From positions 14,384,001 to 14,448,000 of the forward strand of contig OZ281496.1 in the NCBI GenBank assembly GCA_965637545.1: a stretch of 64,000 bases of DNA, written 5' to 3'. The number at the start of each line of letters is the position of its first letter. The first letter of the stretch is position 1. A program made the translations under genes and the position numbers. The DNA is from Phallusia mammillata. Its lineage: Eukaryota. The notes under the pieces are model-generated. The model had not been told where the DNA came from. It worked only from the letters and a program-made list of their open reading frames with translations, and searched no databases. This document shows, in pieces, positions 51,050 through 63,342 of this stretch.

Positions 51050-52230
51050 CCAACAATATCTCTTCATTTAAAATTTTGTTCGTCTGTTCTTGTTCCATTC
51101 GCAGTCAATTATGTAGGACACAAATTGCTTTAACTACATGATCAGCATTGTGTGGTGCCATTCTGGTAGGAGCCCGGAGAACATGAAAGTGCCTAACCAA
51201 CATATCGAATGCATTTTCCACACGCCCACGTGCTCTTGAATGTCTAAAAGTAGGATGCATATAAACTTTAGGTTGGGATATGTTGACAGGTACTTGGGCC
51301 CTTGGGTTGGGAGGAGAAAATGTTAAAAAGTTTTTTTTTTGTAAAATACTTTACAATTATATTTGGGTAATTGGGGTAAGTATAACATAAATAATTAGGC
51401 ACCTGTAATCATATAATTTCTTTTGTCTTGTTTGGTTTGCACCTCCATAAGATTTACATGCAATCCAAATGCAGCTTCTACAACAGACACATAAGGAACT
51501 TTTGGAGAAGTTGTACCAGGTAGGCAGGTAGTGCCTTCGGCTCTGGCAAATTAAGTTGACCATTTTCCGAAAAACACCAGCATCACCCTCACGACCATGA
51601 CTACCAACAGCTACCATAATGAAATTGTAATGGGCCTCTACCACTGCTAGTAGCACAATGCTGAAACTTTTCTTGTAATTAAAATAACTGTGATTCACAT
51701 TTTACAGGTGATTGAATAGCACAATGTTTTACCCCTGTGACATAATTTCGTGTAAAAATATCATTGTTAATAGTTTCTAAATGTTAACTTACCATCAATT
51801 GAGCCAACACAATGAGGAAAATGCCAAATTGTTTTAAAACCATCTGCTATTTTAGTCCAAGCTGTCTGGTCAGGTAATGTTAAGTATTTATTGTGAAAAA
51901 CGTCCCATATTGCAGCACAAGTCTCAACAATAATCTTTTGGACTACTTTCTTACTCATTCTGTATGAGTAACCAATATTTAAGTAGGTATCTTCAGTTGT
52001 CAGATATCTATAAAAATGAATAGCATACATTCAGAGATGTAACAAGTATATTAGCCGGAATAAAATGCAAATATTTACAACACACTTTGTTATGAAAAAA
52101 AAAAACCTTATCCATGCTCTGCAACAAAAAATAAAAGAAAAAGTGTATGCAACATTTAATTTGACAAGTAGGAGTTTACACAAAATTGCTTGAGTTAGGC
52201 CAGTAGAAATGAAAGCCAATGTTTTACAAA
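51050..52230 (-). mobile_element. Degenerate spliced Harbinger transposase
   Basis: WHFPHCVGSIDG, FNYKKSFSIVLLAVV..VGSHGREGDAGVF, SRARGRVENAF. Confidence 0.85.
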
Positions 52231-53880
52231 ACCAGGATCACACTAGAGATGAGCTACCATATTTTTAAACATGCCTAAAAAAATAACAAATTACCATCTG
52301 CTAAAATAATAGAAACAGTTGAGAATGACAAGCATATCATGACAATTGACAACAACTTACCATGTATCATTGCTTTTTAAATCCAATGTCCCAAGTCCTT
52401 CATTTGATTGTGTGCTAGGCCCTAGTTTGCTTCATGAAGCACTAGAAATGCTTCCCCCACCCTGAATTGTCACTTTTCATTACTCCATTTGTTATCAGAA
52501 CATGGATGCCTATAAGATACAACAACCTTGGCCTATTTTGTATTTTACAGTTTACAATCGAGGAGAATCTGGTACTGCTATTTCACTGCTTAAAATGCGT
52601 TTGCTTTTGCCACAACAGTTCACATTTAACTGCCAATTTCATGTAAAACCCATTTCACCTGCGATTATTTCCAAAGAAACTATAATATTTTTCAATAAAA
52701 AATAAATTTATTGCTTCACTACCCTTGCCTATAAAATCGGGCTGTGTTATAACAAATGTTCTAAAATTATAACACCGCCCGATAAGAAACGGGGATTTTT
52801 TCATAACACAAGCGCTTTGAATCGGGCACTTGTTGACGAATCGGGTAAACGAACAGAAACGTGTCACAAATCGGCAATAATACGCACATTCGATATGGCC
52901 GGTAAACTTACACTTAGGAATATGTCACGTTAAGAAAGTCAATACTTCTTAAGTCATACACAAATAGTATTACGACATTTAACTTATACAATTTGCACAT
53001 TCCATTTACGTACCAACCAGTTAGGAGTGCAGGACTGAATTACAGGCACTTTGACGAACTAAGACGTTTCAGCATTTCAATTACTTAATCAACTATGAAC
53101 TGCGACAACTAAACTGCTGCTTACAGCACAGAAAGAAACTGTAAAACGTGGTCAGTACAAGATTGCGACACTAATGACATTACACGTTACGTTTGGAGAT
53201 TTCTTACCAATCATGGTAGACGCTTTGTTACGTCATAGTCACTGAAGTCAGATTACTGACACGAACTAGTAACAGGGAAAGAAAGCACATGCAAGTCATT
53301 TCTCACTGTAACAGCGTCCTTATGATAGTTGTGTGAAATAAATAAGACTCATCTACTAGCTGATATTCGTTAAGACAAAACATTATGTTCATCACGGCGC
53401 TACAACCAGTAAATGTTTGTAAAATTCCGCTGGTAATTAGTCTAATCCCCGTGATTTGTTATTTTTCATTGTTGTGAGGGCTTCTAGGCATTGCTCGGTG
53501 GTCAATTTTCCGCTTTTTTTCTCGTGTAGTGTTGGACAAGCTATATTATTAATGTAGTGGTATATTTTTTTAAAGATTAAAACATAGGCCTTAGATAAAA
53601 CAAGACATAAAACAATTCAGAATACAGCATAAAAACCAGGTAACAGGCTGAAAAAGACAAAAAAAAACACCAGAAAGTTAAAAAAAAACTAGGGTCTTGC
53701 CAGCTTTTCACAGGTGTTACCTTTAGGCTTTCCAGGCGTTGCTGGGTTTGCAAGGTTTTTAACGATTTTGTGTTTGGCGACACTCGCGTTGTTGAGTTGC
53801 TTAGAACATTGTGTTTGTTTTACATTCTTGATATTTTGGTGTTGATCTATTGCGTTTTTCAGGAACTGATGATGCCATTA

Positions 53881-54700
53881 TTAGGCGAAATATATATTCC
53901 TACTTTCTAATTTACTGACTGATTCTGTTGGCAGTTGAGACAGTCCTCTCAAATTTCGAGTATATTTTACCAATAGTGCAGAGTAGTTTTTGTTCGCGCT
54001 GTACATCGTTTTAAAATACTCTTGAAGGGTGCGTAAAATTGTGGTTTGGTCTGTTTCTATCTTCGAAGTCAGGTTTAGTCGCTTAATTGCTTTCTTTTCC
54101 ACTGCGTTTTTCGAGGTATAGCAAGTATGCAATATTTTTACCTCTATATTCCACCCACCGAGCTTTATTTCCTACTATTGCGCTTTTGCTATACCTTTTA
54201 ATAATCTCATCATATTTTTCTTGTGTTACCGCGATTTCGCTAGTTATACGCTTATCATGGGGTCGGGGTAATGTTTCCAGCTCTGTTGTGCTTTAGCCTG
54301 TCTTTTTGCTTGCATACTTTATAATGCAACCGCAAAGGTTGCATTTCAGTGCTTCCCATAGGATTTGGGGAAATAAATCTCCGATGTTTAGCTGCTATTT
54401 CATCACTATCTTTGCTCGTTGTGCCACCAGTCTGCAAAATTGTCTGATGTGAGTAGGTCTAGCATATTTTTCGAGCGTACATGTGAATGCTTACTTAGGA
54501 TTTTTCGTAATGGCGCCGTTTAAAACGATGCTTTCAGCAAACATGATTTTTTACTTTCAGCGGCCTTCTTGGATTCCAATCCAAACGCAGTCGGCCGCTT
54601 TAAGCAGATTTTAATACAACAAATCTTCAACCCGCATTCATTAAGAAACGTACGAATCAGGTTTTCAGTGAAGTTAATGCGATCATTCCCTTTAGCGAAG
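53881..54700 (-). mobile_element. L1/Tx1-clade LINE ORF2 fragment
   Basis: LWEALKCNLCGCIIKYASKK, KARWVEYRGKNIAYLLYLEKR and ILRTLQEYFKTMYS, from the region between endonuclease and RT. Confidence 0.7.
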
Positions 54701-54920
54701 TCATACAGCAATACGACTGTGGAACACCTAACATTTACAATGCCCGCATGTTTGTGCAATCACGTTATTGCTAGCAAGAAGTAGAAACCGAAAATGCGCA
54801 ACAAAGGAAAGTTTCAAGAGGAAACGAAGCAACAGAAACTATTATACAAAACTAGGGTGGATGAAATATGCGAGCAAACAGTTTCAAGAATGGTCCAATA
54901 ACAGTTAAGTGAAAAATAAA

Positions 54921-55811
54921 TCAATGTTCGATATCAACTGTTTCAAGCCTTGTGAAAGGTGAAAAGGGATATTTCAATATATCCTTCCAAGTTTCGAACG
55001 TTAAAACAAGAGCTAATAGGTTGCAAGCAATTGCTGCTGCAAATAGCTCTAACTCCACATACAAGTTACTAAGTATTGCTACAATATCAGTTGAAATGCA
55101 AAGGAGGGACATAAAAGCTGTTCGTTTAATCATTTGTAACCCGGCAATGCCATTTACTCCTTGCTGGGCGCATTTAAATGGATAGAGAAAAAGAAAGAGT
55201 AGTAAGCACTGGCCACCAAAATCAATTGCACTTCCCCCTATTAAAGGCCACACAGCATTTCCATCAACACGTTTACACCCATACCCAAATGACTGAAATC
55301 GTTGAGTAATGGAGTATCCAATGCAAGCAGTAAATATGCCCGAATTCAGAAAGACAATGCTCGACCAACTTAGTACTTTAATCCAACATTTGTAAAGGTG
55401 ATTTAAAAGCGAACTTTTGTAGAAGCATCGTTGTTTGTACCACAGAAATGTGTAAACTGTACATACATTAAAACCTAGCACCATGGCCATGACTTTTGTT
55501 AAAGTTTGACATGTTTTCGTTGATCCTAGAAAGTAACCAACATTTATAAAACATAAGTCAAGCACGGTGTATATGACGACTAGGATGGACGCTGCACTAG
55601 TCAACATATACATAACCCATACATTTCTGTCTCCACTTGTATACTTGTTGTGTGAACAACCATAAGAAAATATTGCAATAGTCAAGTAAATGGTAAAGCA
55701 TAATCCAGTTGCATCTATCGTCTGCCAAGCAATTTTTTGAGAAGAAAATTTGGTTGCACCCTTCGTTCTTTCTTCGATGTCCGCGAGAGTGGAAACGTTT
55801 AATTCCATCAT
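54921..55811 (-). CDS. Intronless seven-transmembrane (GPCR-like) protein, 296 aa
   Basis: Intact ORF with about 7 hydrophobic segments, an N-terminal NVS glycosylation site, Cys at the start of TM3 and in ECL2, and FLWYKQRCFY after TM3. Confidence 0.8.
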   Translation of the reverse strand: MMELNVSTLADIEERTKGATKFSSQKIAWQTIDATGLCFTIYLTIAIFSYGCSHNKYTSGDRNVWVMYMLTSAASILVVIYTVLDLCFINVGYFLGSTKTCQTLTKVMAMVLGFNVCTVYTFLWYKQRCFYKSSLLNHLYKCWIKVLSWSSIVFLNSGIFTACIGYSITQRFQSFGYGCKRVDGNAVWPLIGGSAIDFGGQCLLLFLFLYPFKCAQQGVNGIAGLQMIKRTAFMSLLCISTDIVAILSNLYVELELFAAAIACNLLALVLTFETWKDILKYPFSPFTRLETVDIEH

Positions 55812-56039
55812 TCAACAAAATCCAAAATTAAACTACAATTTTCAATCAATAATAATCTGCCAAACCAAGCCCGGTTATAACGGCATACAATGTCAACCGC
55901 AGTTATAAGCAGCACAGCGTATAAGAAACCATACTCCCTTCTTTAACGGTAAGATCTGATTGTGAACTGTATCGGTCCGACAATGAACTGAAACTCAGAA
56001 GTGACAGCCCGAAACTCTTATGCGTAATATATATTGTGA

Positions 56040-56440
56040 CGCTTTTGGTGCATGTTTTTTCGCATTGTTTGCACACAATTGGCCTACAAAAAGTCTGGCG
56101 CATATGGCTGATAGGCTAGTAACACTCTTTTTTCAGTAACACAAAATCTGTTTAGAGCAGTTTGAAAATCAAAATTTTGCCGAAGGAATTGTATTTGCAT
56201 CACAACCGCCCGTACATCGTCTTAAAGAACATAAGTTTACGGCCGCATGTGGCTGTGAGGTTTGAGGAACGGTTTAATATACTATCGTTTCTATTCATAA
56301 CGTATTAATTTATGTTTGTAAATTAAATTTCTGTAAATGCCTAGTTAAATATTAGCTTTCACTTTAAAAAGTGAGAAACGAAATTCATTGTAATTAGATA
56401 AAAATCTGACAAAATACTAAAATTTTTGTTGACACCACTG
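56040..56440. mobile_element. hAT MITE, left end unclear
   Basis: Right terminus gttgacaccactg ends at 56440. Internal homology to 5225-5335. Confidence 0.6.
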
Positions 56441-56630
56441 ATCTACGGCCTCGTGTCACAGGAAGCAATTAAGTAGTTCCGGGTTACATGTTAAATGTAG
56501 GTTTAAATGCATATAAACGATTTTAATATGGTGATTGCATGCGCAATATAAGGGCAGTAAAAAAATCAAACGAAATGCATTGTTTTTACATGAAGCAATC
56601 GTGCTGTCAAAAGACCACTAAATCATTGTT

Positions 56631-58650
56631 TTAGATTTGTAGCAGAATTAATCTTACTTTACAAAATTTACATGCTGTTTTCCAACTAACGCGCCTACTC
56701 CGTTTGCTGCCAGGACGGTGATTACGTTTACCAGAAATTTTTACTCTACCCTCAACTTTATCGACATACGACCAAAATGTAACAACATACTTCACTCCAC
56801 ACTCCACACTGGCATAATTCACATCGTTTATGACCACAAGAAAAGTTTACCCAACCCTCTTTGAAACAATTATCACAATCAACAATGTCCATGACCCTGT
56901 CAACGCTAAAAAGATAGTTATTACCAATGTTTGGAACACAGGCACTGTATATTTTTCTAAGATGTCTAACTGTAATGCCAACATACACGTCATTTGAAAA
57001 ATGATTGGGCTTTCTGTTCTTTACCATACAACGCCATTCTTCCAATGAAAGAACAAACGAAGCATTTACATCAACTTCGTCGCAGTGTTTAAACAGTTGA
57101 GTATCAGCGCCAATCCCAGCTACTTCATTTAAAACTTCGTTACCCGAGTTTTTAAAGCAGTTATTTCTACATCGTCAGGTGGGTTGGAATCATTATCAAA
57201 GAACACGCGGTTATCACTGTTAGATTGTCCGGGTCTACAACTAAACTATTACTACTATGCTAATTGTTTTCTACCACAGTACTGTCAGAATCGTAGTTAT
57301 CAGTCAAACCATTGACAACACTTGAGTTATCATCGCTTAGTTGTTGGACGTTTGCGTTAGGAGACAGACCGTTCTTGAGTGGACATGTTTTGCTTGTCGA
57401 TTTATGGACGTAAATACATAAAAAACCTGATCGGGATTTGTCCCCGGGAGTGTAAAAAAAATTACTTGATTTAAGATTTGTACCCGGACAAATCAAATGT
57501 AACCCATTCCAATCTTTAGCTGAAAATGTTATAGCTGCGCATAACCTATCAAACACACACCCGGGATGAAACCATTGACCACATGTTTCACACTCGACCA
57601 TTAGACCTCCATCGTAGGGAGTATTACAAACGCAATAAAGTTCAACGGTATCTGATGACGATTCACAGGGAGACAACGGACTGTCAGAAATAGGTGTTGC
57701 GTTAACCAATCCATTTATTTCATTATAGTATTGTTGTATAGCTCGTCGGAAAGAGGTTTCCATTAACCATTTGCGCTTAATAGTTAGAATGTTAACGTTG
57801 TTCACTTTCTTTTTTCGAGCTGTAAGAAAGGATTTAATAGCTTTGCGGGGCAAAAATTAAGTATTCGGAAACGAGTCTAAACAACGAACCAGTGAAGGTA
57901 ATGTGCGAGTCCATGTTTGTTCTGGAGTAAGTTCAGCATCGACAATCGAACTGCGACCTAAACTATCTTTTATTTCTGTTTGGTGCGACTTGCAAAAGTT
58001 TTGAAGCTTTTTAAGTCGTTTGAGAAAACTCCCCCCCTTCCAAGATTTATTGTTGCTAAGAAATTTTACGTCATGAGTTTTATCAAAACTGTTTTTTCGT
58101 GTAATTGCAGATATTGACATATCGACTCAACCATTTTCTTAGACTTAGGAAACGGTGATCCGCCATTTTTCACGCGGAGCGAGGAAAGACGCAAGCGCGG
58201 AAAAAAATCGCAACTTCTTACCATTATGATCAATAAGTCGGCAGCGACGTATGGTCCGGCGTAGAAGCATTGATTTAATAAAACTGCTCTTTCGATCTTA
58301 AGGCTTGCTAGAAGGTTCCGCAACCACTGCATTATTGCCCCTTGATCGACCCTTAGCCTTGCTTGGTGGCTTTGTAGCATTTACTGCCTTGCCCCTTGCT
58401 CGACCCTCAGATTTGCTTGGTGGCTCCGCAGCACCTACTGCATCCTTGCCCCTTGCTCGACCCTTAGCCTCGCTTGGTGACTTCGCAGCACTCACTACCT
58501 TGCCCCTTGCTCGACCCTCAGCCTTGCTTGGTGGCTTCGCAGCACTCACTGCCTTGCCCCTTGCTCGACCCTCAGCCTTGCTTGGTGGCTCCGCAGCACT
58601 CCCCGGCTTGCTCCTTTCTTGACCTTTTGCTCCTCTGGCAGTTGGACTTT
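56631..58650 (-). pseudogene. Disrupted gene: basic repeat, PHD finger and Cys/His-rich domain
   Basis: Overlapping ORFs in shifting frames. PHD LYCVCNTPYDGGLMVECETCGQWFHPGCV lies in 57260-57853. The repeat exon has an in-frame TAA at 58298-58300. Confidence 0.6.
58325..58603 (-). repeat. 54-bp coding minisatellite, about 5 copies
   Basis: Unit ttgccccttgctcgaccctcagccttgcttggtggcttcgcagcactcactgcc encodes AVSAAKPPSKAEGRARGK on the minus strand. One copy has an extra codon. Confidence 0.9.
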
Positions 58651-58792
58651 CAACCTAAACTCCGATAGAGGGTCTTGTCTCTACAATACATTGAAAAGGA
58701 AGTAATTTACACCCGGAGATATAAAAAATGATCAACAAGTCGTATGCTTATATAGAGTAATGAAACAGCTTTATTCTTAAGATGTTTACCTA

Positions 58793-59459
58793 CTACACTC
58801 CAAGAGCATTAACATGAGCTTCGAGACTGGTCATGTAATAACCGAATCCAACGTCGGAGAGGTGAAAGCGGTCGCTCCAAAGCTCCCTTCTGTTGCCGAT
58901 GTTAAAATCAAGAAAGCTCACGCCGTACTCGCTGGCGAGATCACGTAGCACCCTGTTGGTCCCAGGTACACGGCAACCGTTTGTAGTGTTCTGCTGGAGA
59001 ATTCCAGCTAAAACGACCTACAAAGTTTTATTATTGTTTTGAATAGATACATAAAAATGTTTTGTTGTGCATGTGACTCAAATCTACCTGGGCCCTTGTG
59101 TACACGTCTAAGCAGATTTGAACCAAGTTGCGGAAGCGGGCTTTAATAGAGGCGATGGAAGTGCCTGAATTTATGTCATTGGTCCCGAGAGCCAGAATCA
59201 CGATGTCAATGTGATCAAACTTCCGCCCCAACTTCAATTCGATTGACCCGTGGTTGATACAACCTCCTGGATTAGAAATTGCATTTAAAGTAAAAGCATC
59301 ACTGCTGGAAGATACCACCAGTGGATAAACCAGGTTCCTTCCGTTGCTGTCGGTCACCAACAACACAGAAGGAATTGGTGAAGCTTCAGCACGGAGGTAG
59401 GCTGTCTGCTTCCCGCTGACACCGTATCTGTACTTAATAAGAGTCGTTCGTTTTCCCAT
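58793..59459 (-). CDS. SGNH/GDSL hydrolase, 2 exons, 198 aa, apparently intact
   Basis: Exons 59459-59088 and 59017-58793, separated by a 70-bp phase-0 GT-AG intron. Blocks I (VTDSN), II (PGG), III (LGTND) and V (DRFHL) are all present. AATAAA lies just downstream. Confidence 0.85.
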
Positions 59460-61270
59460 CCTTATAGCTTGTTTGAATTGAATATTTGTTTGCAGTAGAA
59501 TTGTTTCTGAAAATATATTTAAACAAACAGAATCTTTTAGTACATACGTCAAGCAATCCGAGAGGAACATAAATACTACAACTAAAGTGTATACAGTGCT
59601 GCAATCACTGGCGAGTGTGTGAGTACGTTTGTTCAGTTTTGCTTATTTTAAGTCGTGTTTGCAGAGGAAGCTCAAACGCGTTTGTAGTCAAACAATTGAT
59701 CGAGGACGTTCCTTAACCTTTCTCCTGCCGACTATAGAATTTCTTTTGCAATCCAATGTATTTTTTCAACATAAGTGTTGTATTCATGACACCAAGTAAA
59801 CGGAAATAAAATAGAATGATTTAACTCAACATGCGCAGCATTATATAGGCAACGATTATCCATTTACATTCCACGGAAAACACGCCAGATTAGGAATAGT
59901 GTGCTTGCGGACCATACTTGAAATGTAAGGAATGCTGCACTGCGCTGAAGGCATACAAGGCTCGAAATAAGGTGCTAATTGAAACACAACGTTGGAAATT
60001 ACAAAGCAACAATAGAAATCCTTAACAATATGTTTGTCATAGCATAAAGATGTTACGCAATTTTCAAAAGTACGTTCTATTTAAGGAACCACGGCAGGAA
60101 AAAGGTTAATGAGTCCGTGGTCGAGCTGACAAGACTAGTTCTTTTCGAATTATTTTTTTTATGTATGGTCTCAATTTACACAAAGCTCAAGTCAAACGAT
60201 TTTCAAACCGCGAGAAGCAGCAATTTTTTGTATAACTTAGGTGGTTCATCCTAACAAATGGACATGATTAATTATTCTTTATATCCATGTTCCGTTTGCA
60301 ATGTAATTGACATGTTGAAAGGTAATTTGTATTAAAAAACACGCAAAGAATTACTGTAATTATTTGAATTGTTAACACAATGTTCTCTGCAACATATGAC
60401 TCGCCGTTGGGTAGTTAGGCTCACAAAAACCCTGTATTATCTTCAAACGTAACTTTATAACGCAAAACCTGCAGTGTCTAGTCACTTGGTGAGTTTTACC
60501 TTATTCTACCACAGACAAACTTATAGTAATAGTCATCAGTCACAATGAACATGTTGTAAAGGACAGTTTCTCTTCCACTCCATCGGATAGAGTTGAGATG
60601 ACGGATGAGTTACCTTCTATCACTTCAGTAACAAGTGAAGACACCTTAAGTTGACCTTTGATACAAAAAGCCCGAAGCTATCAACCTATGGCATGTTTTT
60701 TTTGTATTTGACTAAATCATTTGGCTAATTGGTATGATACTAAAAGGTAAAAAAATCTGAGAAAAAAATAGGAGCAAAAAACAAAAGTAAAACTTGTCGT
60801 CCTGTGGTATTTCATCCCACACTTGTAGTTTTGGTCTTAAGCTAAGTAATTTTGTCACTGTGCTGACGTAACAGGTTTTATTGGATTGGCAAAAAACGAA
60901 GGGTAAACTTTGGGTCTTTCTTTTCGGGGTTTATAGTAATCCTCTCCGATCAGAGTCATGTGCAATATTAATAACCTTCAAAATGCGCCATCATTCGAGC
61001 TTTGATCAAATCGCGTGTTGCAGAAAACACGAGATCAAACAATCTTAGTTTGTCAGTTTTCCTCTCCGCAGATCAATGATTACCTCCAGGTTTCTGGAGA
61101 AAGACTGATTCAACTCGGGAAGGCCAGACTAATGTGGGTCATTATGTTAATTCTCCGAATCTTGTCAAATGAAATTTAATCGAAAAATATTATTTTGTGT
61201 TTGAAGGTTCAATTGAAAAATTATGATGTAAAATGAGCAGCAAATTTGTTAAAGCATTTAATGCGTTTCT

Positions 61271-62577
61271 TTACATTAAATGCGTTTCTTTCTTTCTTGC
61301 ACTTAGAAATACATTTTCCTTTTTGCTAAGTGTTTCTTCAGTATTGTTGTCTTTTGATGCCACCATGACACCACTTTTCGCAAACTTTTTTCGCCGACTT
61401 GCACGTTTTCTGGAGGAATACCCAAAACAAAAAGCGACTGCAAACATTGAAAAAGGACCACAATTTTCAGAAATCTTTGATTGTTTAGTAACACCAGGAA
61501 AAATACAATTTAGCTGTTTATGTGTACATGAAACAAGTTTGGATAAAATGAACTGATCGCAAAGGCCATACGGCGCTTTAGGGCCGCTGTCATAAACAAC
61601 AATCGTTTGCTTGGTGAACAAATATTAGATACAGTTACCCAGTGATTTCCGTCTACATTAACAACGATTTGGACTACCCGCAAAGTTGGAGAAAGCCAAA
61701 CAACTTTGTAAACCCATAACATTCGAAAACTGCTGTGCCAACATGTGCATTGCCGAGTGTATGTGCGAATCACCTAACCATTCATCTGCTTGCAGCAAAT
61801 CCGAATAATCTAAAAGAGAATACATTGAAAAATCTGGTATAAACTTTTCAGCACAGCAGCGTGTCGCCAAACTCTTTTTTACTCGTACAACCCCGAATGT
61901 CGTTTGCAGGGGCCTGCATATACTTGCCTGGATTTTTATTTGGAGTCGCTAGTTTTGTTCGCTTGCTCGACTTTTCCTCAGGCTCTGACGACTGTTTTTG
62001 TTCTCTACAAATTTGCCTGACCACTTTCTTAACACACCTGGAAGCTTTTCTCCGAAACTGTTTTCTTTCTGCCTATCAAATTTTTTTTGCAACGCCCTAA
62101 TCTCGCTTTGATCTAAAACCCGTGTATTTATGGCTTCATGTCGTGCTTTCTTTAACACTGTCTCATTTGAAGTTGCCTGACTCAAAAACATTATCAGACA
62201 GTTTATTAATGCTTTCCGAGTATTCATCACGAGCTGCAGCATTTTTTTTGCTGATGCAAACCTTTCAAGGGACAAGCCACAATTGCTTTGGTGTTTTATT
62301 CCCCAATTTTTTTCGAAAAGTTTTTCACGCACAAAGTGTTGTTTTCAATACGGTTTGGTGAAAAGTGAATTGGCTTGCTAACCGAAACAACGGTATCGGT
62401 CACGCGCTTAGCATCACATGAATTATTGCCTCAAGAAACATGGAATTTGGTCTTCACAACCAGGCGACTGATATCATCGGTGATACTCCTAAATAGTCGC
62501 CCGGGGTTTGTCCTTATTTGACCGGGATTTCGCTATACGTTGTTGGTTCCAAGGGCCAAAACCACAACATCGACCCG
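61271..62577 (-). pseudogene. Ulp1/SENP-like (C48) protease preceded by a second SGNH fragment
   Basis: WLGDSHIHSAMHMLAQQF..GLQ, NVDGNHWVTVS, VVYDS and Q...NCGPF(S)MFA across frameshifts (61271-61870). RVDVVVLALGTNNV at 62533-62577. Confidence 0.75.
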
Positions 62578-62579
62578 AG

Positions 62580-63342
62580 CAGGGGCGGCTCGTGCTAGGG
62601 AGCTGCAGCACCCCCTAGATATTTTTACTTAATACACCTACCATAATATTACAAATAACTTTCATTATTTTTATTTTTTATTCCTTAGCAATATATAATA
62701 AGCATAATTTTTGCCCTAATCCCTTTTTTTTCATTAAAATTTTTTTTTTTGGAAACACTAATGTATATCTATGCTGGAACTGCAGCTACAGTTTTCTGAC
62801 GTTTCGTGACGTTTTGCGGTTCTGCGCATGCGCACTTTGAAAAGCTACATGCTGGGCGAAATAGGAGCCAACGCCTGATATTCAACTTTGTCAGCCAGAA
62901 ATGAGCCACAACAAGAAATATATACGCAGTTTTAATTGTAATTGGTATCAAAAGAAAAAAATGGCTTTGTGGTTGTGAAGTTAAAAATGCACTGTTCTGT
63001 TTTCCATGTTTGCTGTTTGGAGATGATTAAAAATGCTGGACAAAAGATGGTTTTACAAATGTAGCCAAAATAGGTGAGAAAGCAGAAAAACATGAGAAGT
63101 CAAAGAAGCATGTGGACAATGATGTTTCACTTTCACTTTGGGAACTGTAAATATTAAGGAAAAACTTAGTGAGGCGTATAGACTTTCAATTATTGAACAC
63201 AACAAAAAAGTGGAAAAAAATCGTGAAATTTTGTCCGAAATAATAGACTGCATTTTGTTCTGTGGAAACTTTGAAACTCCCTTACGTGGACATGATGAAA
63301 AAGATGAGTATTGATATACTGGACATGTACTGTTGTCTAAAC
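62580..63342 (+). mobile_element. Non-autonomous ZMYM1-like hAT, inverted copy of 45240-46339
   Basis: Terminus caggggcggctcgtgctagg. TTF finger WLCGCEVKNALFCFPCLLF and PLRGHDE. Extra internal deletion near 62870. Confidence 0.85.

Noticed and set aside
59800-59817. Minus-strand ATTCTATTTTATTTCC resembling the spliced leader
   Set aside because: Only the first 11 nt match, there is no terminal AG, and no downstream mRNA-like structure. Probably chance in AT-rich DNA.
60990-61130. Possible second Ulp1 catalytic motif (VFLQKPGGNH*, LRLFD)
   Set aside because: Too short and interrupted by stops to support a call.
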